NCBI GenBank assembly: GCA_041583235.1 | Contig: JBFHGG010000003.1 | Coordinates: 3,823 to 67,822 of the forward strand | Direction: 5' to 3' | From: Halarcobacter sp. | Lineage (GTDB): Bacteria; Campylobacterota; Campylobacteria; Campylobacterales; Arcobacteraceae | DNA: 64,000 bases | Shown here: positions 10,032 through 18,450 of the stretch, piece by piece | Layout of the letters: each line of letters opens with the position of its first letter | Position numbering within the stretch: the first letter of the stretch is position 1 | Notes under the pieces: model-generated | The model's database searches: none | The model's input: the letters and a program-made list of their open reading frames with translations, nothing else | What the model was told of the DNA's origin: nothing | Program-made: the position numbers and the translations under genes

Positions 10032-11247
10032 CTTTTCCTCCAATAATTGTACTTTCTACAAATTTAGTATGCAAAATTACATTCATACATAAATCATTTT
10101 TATCTTTCACTTCATCAGGTAATATCATTGAAATAATATCAGCATCTGCATTTTTTACTAATTCACCTTTGTTTAAACCTAAAGCTCTACTACCATTTTT
10201 TGTAGCTGCTTTTAATAACTCTTTTGAAAACTCTAAAACATTTTTATTTGTATGAGCCATTAAACAATTTCTTAATTCATCAAACATTGATAAAGAGTTA
10301 TTAGAACTTAATCCATCAGTTCCAATTGAATAATTAATATTTTCTAAATTATCTAAATTTAATTTACTATTATTTAACAATCTATTAGAAGTAACACAAT
10401 GATTTATTGTAGCTTTCAACTCTTTTATTTTTTCTAAATCTTTTAAACTAGCTTCCACACAATGCGTAAAAGAAAGATTTTCTAATCCCTTAAAGTGATT
10501 TAAAAATTCTATTGGCTTTGTAACAGCTTTTTCTTGACCTAAAAAATTTTTAAAGAAATGTAGAAAACTACCTTCATCTTTATGCAACCAAATAAATTCT
10601 TCAGGTGATTCTAAAAAGTGAGAAGAGACTGCAAGATTCTCTTCTCTTGCCATTTGTAAAGTCTCTCTTAATAAAAAAGGATGCACTGAATAAGGGGAAT
10701 GAATAGCAATAGCAGGTATAAAATTTTCACTTTTATTTAACTGTGAACTTTTTAATCTAGCTTTAAAATCTGTAAAAAGTGTATCAACCATATCAGGTTT
10801 ACTACCTATTACTTCATTAAAAAAAACTGTATTTATTGGAGATTTAACACAAGCTTCTAAATCATATGAATAAGAGGATATTGCACCTATTGTTGTTGTT
10901 CCAGTTTTTTGCATTTGTAATAATTTTAATGAAATAAATTTAGACGTTGATTTTTCAACTAATTCATCTCTTAAACTTATAACTGAATTTAACCAATCCA
11001 TAAAGTTACCATATTTAAGTGTAGTTTTATTAGAAGAAAACTCTAAATGTACATGAGAATTTATAAGTCCTGGCATTAAAACTGAATTTTCTTTTAATGA
11101 AGTAATTTCTATATTTGGGTATTTTTTTTGAATAAAATCTAAGCTTCCTACATCAACAATTTTCTTATCATAAACAACAGCACCATTTTTTATAATGCTG
11201 TTATTTTCATCGCAAGTTATAACCCAAGATGCATTAATAATTTTCAT
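10024..11247 (-). CDS. Metal-dependent amidohydrolase, aminodeoxyfutalosine deaminase-like (futalosine menaquinone pathway)
   Basis: PGLINSHVHLE, HSPYSV, HFLES and GTDG motifs; the substrate is inferred from Campylobacterota context. Confidence 0.7.
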   Translation of the reverse strand: MKIINASWVITCDENNSIIKNGAVVYDKKIVDVGSLDFIQKKYPNIEITSLKENSVLMPGLINSHVHLEFSSNKTTLKYGNFMDWLNSVISLRDELVEKSTSKFISLKLLQMQKTGTTTIGAISSYSYDLEACVKSPINTVFFNEVIGSKPDMVDTLFTDFKARLKSSQLNKSENFIPAIAIHSPYSVHPFLLRETLQMAREENLAVSSHFLESPEEFIWLHKDEGSFLHFFKNFLGQEKAVTKPIEFLNHFKGLENLSFTHCVEASLKDLEKIKELKATINHCVTSNRLLNNSKLNLDNLENINYSIGTDGLSSNNSLSMFDELRNCLMAHTNKNVLEFSKELLKAATKNGSRALGLNKGELVKNADADIISMILPDEVKDKNDLCMNVILHTKFVESTIIGGKDV

Positions 11248-11252
11248 ATATA

Positions 11253-11744
11253 TTATTTTTGAGGAGCTTGAGCTTGTTGTGCTTGAGCTTGCTGTGCTTC
11301 AACTGCTTTAACTTCAGAAACAATTTGAGTTAAAGAGATTAATCCAAGATGATAACCAAATGGTCCAAATCCAGAAATAACACCTGTTGAAGATGAAGCA
11401 GTTATTGATTTTTGTCTAAACTCTTCTCTTTTATAAATATTAGAAATATGTACTTCCACAGTTGGTAAGTTAACTGCTGCTAAAGCATCTTTAATTCCGA
11501 TTGAGGTATGTGAATAAGCTGCAGGATTAATTAAAATTCCATCAACTGTTCCTAAACACTCTTGAATTCTATCAATAATTTCACCCTCAAGGTTAGATTG
11601 GAAGAATTCTAATTCTACACCATTTTGTTCTGCACTTCCTTTCATTTGATCATGAATTTGATCTAAACTCATTGGACCATAAATATGTTGTTCTCTAATA
11701 CCTAACATATTTAAGTTTGGACCTTGGATTACCGCTATTTTCAT
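11253..11744 (-). CDS. aroQ: Type II 3-dehydroquinate dehydratase
   Basis: [25 protein letters not shown] and EVHISN motifs. Confidence 0.96.
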   Translation of the reverse strand: MKIAVIQGPNLNMLGIREQHIYGPMSLDQIHDQMKGSAEQNGVELEFFQSNLEGEIIDRIQECLGTVDGILINPAAYSHTSIGIKDALAAVNLPTVEVHISNIYKREEFRQKSITASSSTGVISGFGPFGYHLGLISLTQIVSEVKAVEAQQAQAQQAQAPQK

Positions 11745-11880
11745 ATTATATTCCTTTTAAATAGTCCCCATTTAAAAGGGACCTTTGTATTTTACAACTA
11801 CTTTATTAACAATTGGTATGAAACCTACTTAAAAGTAGCAAAATTCTAAAGAGAACAATTAATTGTTCTTTTCTATAAAT
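11745..11880 (-). repeat. Three-hairpin conserved element, copy X (5' of aroQ)
   Basis: About 70% identical by manual alignment to 13503-13629, with compensatory changes in the stems. Confidence 0.75.
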
Positions 11881-11941
11881 TTTGGGTAAGATTATATTCA
11901 AATTATAGTTAATACTAAATCAAATTTAAAAAAGAGAAATT

Positions 11942-12967
11942 ATGAAAAATTATATTTTATTGAATGAAAACGCAATTTATTATGAATGTGGCTTTTCTTG
12001 TGATAATGTTGTATTCTTAAAGTTAGGTAAGGAGTCTTTTTTTATTACTGATGCTAGATATACTATTGAAGCACAAGAGTATGCGAAAAACTCAATTGTA
12101 ATTCAAAGTTCTGATTTTATAAAAGATACACAAGAATTATTAAAAAAATCAAAAATCAAAAAAATCACCTTTGATCCAAATGATTTTAAATTAGCTTTTT
12201 ATCAAAAACTAACAAATGATTTAAAAATAAATTTTATTCCAAAAGAAAACTTTTCAAAATTAAAAAGAATCATTAAAAGTGATGAAGAAGTTGAACTTCT
12301 AAAAAAAGCTGCAATAATTGGAAAAGCAGGATTTAAAGAACTTGCTAAATTTATAAGAAAAAATGGCTTTAATCAAAGTGAAAACTTTCTTCATTTTAAA
12401 GCAATAGAAAAAATGAGTCAAATAGGTAAATATGATTTAAGTTTTGACCCTATTGTTGCTATTAATGAAAATGCTGCAAAACCTCATGCCCTACCCACAA
12501 ATAAAAAATTAAAATTAAATAGTTTGATATTGGTTGATGCTGGAGTTAAATATAAAAGGTATTGTTCGGATAGAACTTGTACTTCAAACACAAATTTTGA
12601 GAAATTTACTTTTAAAAGAGAACAAAGATTTAAGAATAAAAAACATCAAAAGATTTATGATTTAGTTTACAAAGCTCAATTAAACGCAATAAGTAAAGCA
12701 AAAGTTGGAATGAAAGCTTCTAAAATTGATAAACTTACACGTGAAGTAATTGAAAAAGCCGGATATGGAGATTTTTTTGTACATAGTACAGGACATGGAG
12801 TGGGATTAGATATTCATGAGTTTCCAAATATAAATTCAAAGTCTGATGTTATAATAGAAGATAATATGGTCTTTACTATAGAACCAGGAATCTATCTTCC
12901 AAATGAATTTGGAGTTAGAATTGAAGATACAGTAGTAATGAAAAACGGCAAAGCCGTAATACTTTAA
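11942..12967 (+). CDS. Xaa-Pro aminopeptidase, M24 family
   Basis: AAKPH, LVDAG, YCSDRT, HSTGHGVGLDIHE, TIEPGIY and GVRIED motifs. Confidence 0.92.
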   Translation: MKNYILLNENAIYYECGFSCDNVVFLKLGKESFFITDARYTIEAQEYAKNSIVIQSSDFIKDTQELLKKSKIKKITFDPNDFKLAFYQKLTNDLKINFIPKENFSKLKRIIKSDEEVELLKKAAIIGKAGFKELAKFIRKNGFNQSENFLHFKAIEKMSQIGKYDLSFDPIVAINENAAKPHALPTNKKLKLNSLILVDAGVKYKRYCSDRTCTSNTNFEKFTFKREQRFKNKKHQKIYDLVYKAQLNAISKAKVGMKASKIDKLTREVIEKAGYGDFFVHSTGHGVGLDIHEFPNINSKSDVIIEDNMVFTIEPGIYLPNEFGVRIEDTVVMKNGKAVIL

Positions 12968-13031
12968 AAAATCAAAAAATTTGAAAATTTAACTTGACTT
13001 ATTTAATAAGTTTTATATTTTCAGGAGAAAT

Positions 13032-13514
13032 ATGAAAAAAAAATTAGCAGACAATTTAACACTTTTTTATAGTTCAAATTTTCCAAAAGTTTTCAATAAA
13101 TATTCAAATAAAAAACACTCTGTAACTATTGGTATTGGGGGAAATATTGGGAATATGAAAAAAACATTTGATAAATTACTCTTATGTTTAAAAGAGGATT
13201 CAAGATTTACTCTAATTAAAACTTCTGCACTATTAAAAAATCCTCCCTTTGGATTCTTAGAACAAAATGATTTTTTAAATGGTATAATTACCTTTAAAAC
13301 AAATCTTTGTCCTAATGCTCTTTTAAAAGCAATGCAAAGATATGAAAATAAATTCGGAAGAAAGCGATCCTTTCAAGATGCGCCTAGAACCTTAGATATT
13401 GATATAATATTTTTTGATAATAAAAAAATTAATACAAAAAATTTAATCATCCCTCATAAAGATTGGGCAAATAGAGAGTCTGTTATTATTCCTTTAAAAC
13501 TTATTTATAAATAG
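13032..13514 (+). CDS. folK: 2-amino-4-hydroxy-6-hydroxymethyldihydropteridine diphosphokinase
   Basis: IGIGGNIG, DFLNG, PRTLDIDII and IPH motifs. Confidence 0.93.
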   Translation: MKKKLADNLTLFYSSNFPKVFNKYSNKKHSVTIGIGGNIGNMKKTFDKLLLCLKEDSRFTLIKTSALLKNPPFGFLEQNDFLNGIITFKTNLCPNALLKAMQRYENKFGRKRSFQDAPRTLDIDIIFFDNKKINTKNLIIPHKDWANRESVIIPLKLIYK

Positions 13515-13629
13515 AACAACTCGTTGTTCACTTTAGGGTTTGCTTCTTTAAGTGGAATTTATTTCCACTGCTAAAAGAAGTCATAAAATATATGGTTCCT
13601 TTTAAAAAGGAACTTTTTTAAGGATAAAA
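13503..13629 (+). repeat. Three-hairpin conserved element, copy Y (5' of mnmA1)
   Basis: Stems at 13514-13529, 13543-13580 and 13594-13614; homologous to copy X. Confidence 0.75.
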
Positions 13630-14730
13630 ATGAAAAAAAAGGTAGTTGTTGGAATGTCTGGTGGTGTTGATTCATCAGTTACTGCACTATTATTAAAACA
13701 ACAAGGATATGAAGTAGTAGGCTTGTTTATGCGAAATTGGGAATATGGAATCGAAGGTAGCCAATGTCCTAATCGTATAGAGTTTGAAGATGCTAAAAAA
13801 GTTGGTGAACTAATAGGAATTGAAGTAAAAGGTAAAGACTTTGTAGAAGAGTACAGAACAAAAGTATTTGATGTATTTTTAGAAGGTTTAAAAAAAGGAC
13901 TTACTCCAAATCCAGATATACTGTGTAATCGTGAGATTAAATTCAATGTATTTTTAAATGAAGCAAAAAAAATGGGTGCAGATATGATTGCAACTGGACA
14001 TTATGCAAAAATAGCTAAACACAATGACCACTATGTACTAGATACTCCAAAAGATTCTTCAAAAGACCAAAGTTATTTTTTACATGCATTATCAAGTGAA
14101 CAATTATCTCATGCGATGTTTCCTCTTGGTGATTTAACTAAAAAAGAAGTAAGAGAAATAGCAAGAGAACATAATCTTCCTGTAAGTGATAAAAAGGATA
14201 GTACTGGAATTTGTTTTATAGGTAACCAAAGATTTGATGAGTTTATCACCCAACATCTAAAAGCAGTTCCTGGAGATATTATAGATGAGAATGGAAAAGT
14301 TATAGGAAAACACAAAGGTCTTATTTGTTACACATTAGGTCAAAGAAAAGGTATTGGTCTTGGTGGTATTAAAGAAACTGAATCAGCAGGTCATATTCAT
14401 AAACCATGGTATGCTGCAAAAAAAGATATAGAAAATAATACTTTAACAGTTGTTCAAGATACTATACATCCTTTACTTATGAATCAAAATGTTGAAGCTA
14501 GCCATATGCACTGGGTACTTGAAACCCCTCCTAAAATTGGAGATAAACTAGTGGCACAAGTTAGATATCGTCAACAAAAACAAGCTTGTACAGTTTGTGA
14601 AACTTTTGATGATGGGAGAGTAATAGTAAAATTTGATAAACCTCAAAGAGCAGTAACTTTAGGTCAAAGCCTTGTTTTATATGATGGAGATTATTGTTTA
14701 GGTGGGGGTTTTATAAGTAATTACTATTAA
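13630..14730 (+). CDS. mnmA: tRNA 2-thiouridine(34) synthase, D-type (DxxC+C)
   Basis: SGGVDS, MRNWE, PNPDILCN, ATGHYA, KDQSYFL and DSTGICFIG motifs. Confidence 0.94.
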   Translation: MKKKVVVGMSGGVDSSVTALLLKQQGYEVVGLFMRNWEYGIEGSQCPNRIEFEDAKKVGELIGIEVKGKDFVEEYRTKVFDVFLEGLKKGLTPNPDILCNREIKFNVFLNEAKKMGADMIATGHYAKIAKHNDHYVLDTPKDSSKDQSYFLHALSSEQLSHAMFPLGDLTKKEVREIAREHNLPVSDKKDSTGICFIGNQRFDEFITQHLKAVPGDIIDENGKVIGKHKGLICYTLGQRKGIGLGGIKETESAGHIHKPWYAAKKDIENNTLTVVQDTIHPLLMNQNVEASHMHWVLETPPKIGDKLVAQVRYRQQKQACTVCETFDDGRVIVKFDKPQRAVTLGQSLVLYDGDYCLGGGFISNYY

Positions 14731-14769
14731 ACAATCATTAGCTTTACTTTAGCAAAATTAGTTTTTAAA

Positions 14770-14778
14770 TGCTACAAT
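14770..14778 (+). promoter_or_regulatory. Possible extended -10 (TGcTACAAT) for mnmA2
   Basis: Sequence match only; no TSS data. Confidence 0.4.
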
Positions 14779-14807
14779 TGCGCTTCAAATTAATCTTTGC
14801 AGAAATA

Positions 14808-14988
14808 CTTTTTTAAAGCTATGCAAAGATATTAAAATAAATTCGGAAGAAAGCGATCCTTTCAAGATACGCCTAGAACCTTGAATATTGATATAATATT
14901 TTTTTAATTATAAAGAATTAATAGAAATAATTTAATTATTCCTTTTTAAAATTGGGCTAGTAGAGAATCAGTGATTATTCCTTTAAAA
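14808..14988 (+). pseudogene. folK: Decayed duplicate of the folK 3' end
   Basis: Near-identical to about 13320-13499 (atgcaaagatat.aaaataaattcggaagaaagcgatcctttcaagat...), with GAA>TAA at 14833-14835, a second stop and indels. Confidence 0.9.
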
Positions 14989-14998
14989 AGGATGAATT

Positions 14999-16033
14999 AT
15001 GAGCAAAAAAGTAATGGTTGGTATGAGTGGAGGAATTGATTCTTCAGTAACTGCTTATATGCTACAAAAAGATGGATATGAAGTTGAAGGGGTATATTTA
15101 AAACTTCATAATAGAACAGATGGTTATCATGAAAAAAATTTAGAACATATAAAAGATGTAGCAAAATTCTTGAATATCAAATATCATATTTTGGATTTAG
15201 CAGATAAATTTACAACTGAAATATATGACTATTTTGTTGATTCTTATTTAGAAGGAACAACTCCAAACCCATGTGTGAAATGTAATAAACAGATAAAATT
15301 TGGTGCTATGCTTGATTTTGCGAAAGAGAAAGGGGCTTCATTTTTAGCAACAGGACATTATGCTAAAACTGATGGTGAGTTTTTCTATGAAGCAGATGAT
15401 AAAACAAAAGACCAATCTTATTTCTTATCTCAAGTAAATAAAGAAGCTTTACCTTTTATGATGTTTCCACTAAGTACCTATAATAAAGAAGATATCATTA
15501 AATTTGCTAAAGATTTAGATGTAGCTTATGAAAGAATTACTGAAAAAAATGAATCACAAGAAATTTGTTTTGTTGAAACTGTATATACAGATGTTGTAAA
15601 AAAACATGCAACTATTGATGTTCCTGGAAAAGTATTAGACGAAAATGGAAATATTGTAGGAGAGCATAAAGGTTATGCACATTATACAATTGGTAAAAGA
15701 AGAGGTTTTACAGTTCATGGAGCTCATGAACCTCATTTTGTAACAAAATTAAATGCAAAAGACAATACAATTGTTGTTGGAAAAAAAGCTGCTTTAGAGA
15801 TAAATGAAGTAGAAGTTGAGAACTTAAATATGTTTATAACAGAGCCTTCTTTTTCATGTACAGTTAAGTTAAGATATAGATCTGTTTCAATACCTTGTAG
15901 AGTTAAAATTGAAGGGAATAAAGCTAAAATAACTTTAGAAGAACCCGCTTTTGGAGTTGCATCTGGGCAACTTGCAGTTTTTTATAATAATCAAAAAGTA
16001 CTAGGTAGTGCTTGGATAACAAATACTAAGTAG
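14999..16033 (+). CDS. mnmA: tRNA 2-thiouridine(34) synthase, C-type (CxxC+C)
   Basis: SGGIDS, PNPCVKCN, ATGHYA, KDQSYFL and ESQEICF motifs. Confidence 0.94.
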   Translation: MSKKVMVGMSGGIDSSVTAYMLQKDGYEVEGVYLKLHNRTDGYHEKNLEHIKDVAKFLNIKYHILDLADKFTTEIYDYFVDSYLEGTTPNPCVKCNKQIKFGAMLDFAKEKGASFLATGHYAKTDGEFFYEADDKTKDQSYFLSQVNKEALPFMMFPLSTYNKEDIIKFAKDLDVAYERITEKNESQEICFVETVYTDVVKKHATIDVPGKVLDENGNIVGEHKGYAHYTIGKRRGFTVHGAHEPHFVTKLNAKDNTIVVGKKAALEINEVEVENLNMFITEPSFSCTVKLRYRSVSIPCRVKIEGNKAKITLEEPAFGVASGQLAVFYNNQKVLGSAWITNTK

Positions 16034-16037
16034 GCTC

Positions 16038-16066
16038 TTAAACTAGGCTCTTAGACCCTAGTTTAA
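16038..16066 (+). terminator. Hairpin after mnmA2
   Basis: ttaaactagg / cctagtttaa, a 10-bp stem. Confidence 0.5.
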
Positions 16067-16207
16067 AAGTCCATAAAAAATATATTTATTAGATATTTTA
16101 TTTTTATTTAAAAAGACAAAAATCAAAAATATCAAATAACTTAAAATTGATTAAGTAGTTTTTAGATAAAATCGCAACAATACATACAATCACACAAGGA
16201 TAATCTG

Positions 16208-17140
16208 ATGGCGAAATTTAAGCTTTTTAGCGGTACCGCAAACCCTGAATTTGCTAAAAAAGTTGGTAAATATTTGAATATGCAAATAGGTGGAGCAACT
16301 ATACAAAAATTTAGTGACGGTGAAATATCTGTTCAAATTCATGAAAGTGTTAGAGGACAAGATGTATTTATTGTTCAACCAACATGTGCCCCAACAAATG
16401 ATCACTTAATGGAATTACTTATAATGGTAGATGCACTTAAAAGATCAAGTGCAAAATCTATTTCTGCAGTTATTCCATATTTTGGATATGCAAGACAAGA
16501 TAGAAAAGCAGCTCCTAGAGTTCCAATTACTGCAAAATTAGTTGCTGATATGTTAGAATCATCTGGAATTGATAGAGTCATAACAATAGACTTACATGCC
16601 GCACAAATTCAAGGTTTCTTTAATATACCTGTAGATAATTTATATGGTTCTGTATTATTTGTAGATTTCTTAAAAAGAAAAAATCTAAAAAATCCAATTA
16701 TTGCAAGTCCTGATATTGGTGGAGTTGCACGTGCAAGATCATATGCTGACAAATTAGGTTATGATTTAGTTATTGTTGATAAAAGAAGAGAAAAAGCAAA
16801 TGTTGCTGAAGTAATGAATATCATTGGTGAAGTAAAAGGTAAAGATGTAATTTTAGTAGATGATATGGTTGATACAGCTGGAACTTTAGTTAAAGCTGCT
16901 GAAGCATTAAAAAGTAGAGGAGCTACATCTGTTATGGCCTGTTGTACACATGGAGTACTAAGTGGTCCTGCTTTTGAAAGACTTAATAATGGAACATTAG
17001 ATGAACTTGTTATCACAGATACAATTCCATTACATGGAACTAGTGATAAAATAACTATCTTAACAGGTACTAAAATTATTGCAGAAACTATTAGAAGAAT
17101 CACAAACAACGAATCTGTGAACTCTATCTTTATAGATTAA
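16208..17140 (+). CDS. prs: Ribose-phosphate pyrophosphokinase
   Basis: FSDGE, PYFGYARQDRK, DLHA, SPDIGG and DDMVDTAGT motifs. Confidence 0.97.
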   Translation: MAKFKLFSGTANPEFAKKVGKYLNMQIGGATIQKFSDGEISVQIHESVRGQDVFIVQPTCAPTNDHLMELLIMVDALKRSSAKSISAVIPYFGYARQDRKAAPRVPITAKLVADMLESSGIDRVITIDLHAAQIQGFFNIPVDNLYGSVLFVDFLKRKNLKNPIIASPDIGGVARARSYADKLGYDLVIVDKRREKANVAEVMNIIGEVKGKDVILVDDMVDTAGTLVKAAEALKSRGATSVMACCTHGVLSGPAFERLNNGTLDELVITDTIPLHGTSDKITILTGTKIIAETIRRITNNESVNSIFID

Positions 17141-17210
17141 TTTAAAATATAAATAAATATTTAATATATTTTTTGATAATATGGTGATTACTTAAACATA
17201 AGGGAAAAAG

Positions 17211-18302
17211 ATGAAAAAGATTTTATTAACGAGTGCATTATGTGCTACTATGATGTTCGCAGCAAATAGTGAGTATAAATATGAAATCACTCCAATGATT
17301 GGTGGTGTTTACACTGAAGGTAACATTGGATTAGAGAGAGATTACGTAGACGCTGGATTATCTTTAGGTTTTAACTTAGATGATTCTATGTTTGATCAAG
17401 TTGAATTAGGTTTCTTAAGAAGTATTGAAGATGTTAATTACAGAAATGCAAGTCCTGCTCAAGATACTGGTGTTACAAGAGTGTTTTTAAATGTTGTAAA
17501 AGATTATCCTTTATCTTCTTCAACTTCTTTATATGCATTAGCTGGTGCTGGTCTTGAGTTCTTTGATGATGAATCTTTTGATAACAACGAAAATGGTTTA
17601 TTTGGAAACTATGGTGTAGGTATCAAATATAAAATTTCTGAAATGGTTTCTTTAAAAGCAGATGTAAGACATCTTATTGAAACAGATCATGGGGATAACA
17701 ACTTATTATACACAGTTGGTTTAGCAATTCCATTTGGTAAAAAAGCTACTCCTGCTCCAATGCCTGTTAAAGAAGAACCAAAACCAATGGATTCTGATAA
17801 TGATGGTGTTATAGATGCTCTTGACAAATGTCCAAACTCACCTGTTGGTGCAGTTGTAAACGCTCAAGGGTGTGAAATTGATACAGATGGTGATGGTGTT
17901 GTTGATTCTTTAGACCAATGTCCTGCAACTCCAAAAGGTGATATTGTTGATGGAAATGGTTGTACTTTAAAAGTTGACTTAAATATTAATTTTGAAACTG
18001 ATTCTGCTGTTATTAATAACTCATATGATTCAAAAATTAAAAAATTTGCTGACTTTATGAAAGCATTCCCATCAGTTAAAGGTAAAATTGAAGCACATAC
18101 AGATTCAGATGGATCTGATGCTTATAACCAAAAGTTATCTGAAAAAAGAGCGGCATCTGCTGTAAAAGCATTAGAAGCTTATGGTGTTGAAGCATCAAGA
18201 TTAAACTCTGTTGGTTATGGAGAAATGAAGCCTAAAGCATCTAATGATACTGCTGAAGGTAAAGCAATGAATAGAAGAGTAGAAGGTTCTATCTCTAAAT
18301 AA
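17211..18302 (+). CDS. OmpA-family outer-membrane protein (OprF/CadF-like) with TSP3-type Ca-binding repeats
   Basis: Signal peptide, beta-barrel, DSDNDGVIDALDKCP and DTDGDGVVDSLDQCP repeats, and OmpA C-domain motifs HTD...YNQKLSEKRA and NRRVE. Confidence 0.88.
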   Translation: MKKILLTSALCATMMFAANSEYKYEITPMIGGVYTEGNIGLERDYVDAGLSLGFNLDDSMFDQVELGFLRSIEDVNYRNASPAQDTGVTRVFLNVVKDYPLSSSTSLYALAGAGLEFFDDESFDNNENGLFGNYGVGIKYKISEMVSLKADVRHLIETDHGDNNLLYTVGLAIPFGKKATPAPMPVKEEPKPMDSDNDGVIDALDKCPNSPVGAVVNAQGCEIDTDGDGVVDSLDQCPATPKGDIVDGNGCTLKVDLNINFETDSAVINNSYDSKIKKFADFMKAFPSVKGKIEAHTDSDGSDAYNQKLSEKRAASAVKALEAYGVEASRLNSVGYGEMKPKASNDTAEGKAMNRRVEGSISK

Positions 18303-18315
18303 TTTTATTACTTTT

Positions 18316-18351
18316 ATAGATTTTAGGCTTAGGCCTAAAATCTATTTTTTT
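18316..18351 (+). terminator. Intrinsic terminator after the ompA-like gene
   Basis: 13-bp stem atagattttaggc / gcctaaaatctat followed by a T-tract. Confidence 0.8.
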
Positions 18352-18450
18352 AAATTTCTTACTTAAAACTTATCATCATTTCTTTCTTAACTCTAAACTT
18401 ACAATTTTTTAGATATAATCGCGTTAAATTATATTATATAGGATTAAACC

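Noticed and set aside
11260-11300. Ala/Gln repeat at the AroQ C-terminus
   Set aside because: A short low-complexity tail with no evidence of function.
13035-13043. A9 tract at the folK start as a phase-variation site
   Set aside because: It encodes Lys-Lys-Lys in frame in a housekeeping gene. A-runs are common here, and I saw no long poly-G/C tracts.
17211-18302. Calling the OmpA-family gene cadF
   Set aside because: The FRLS fibronectin-binding motif is not present, and adhesin function cannot be supported from sequence.
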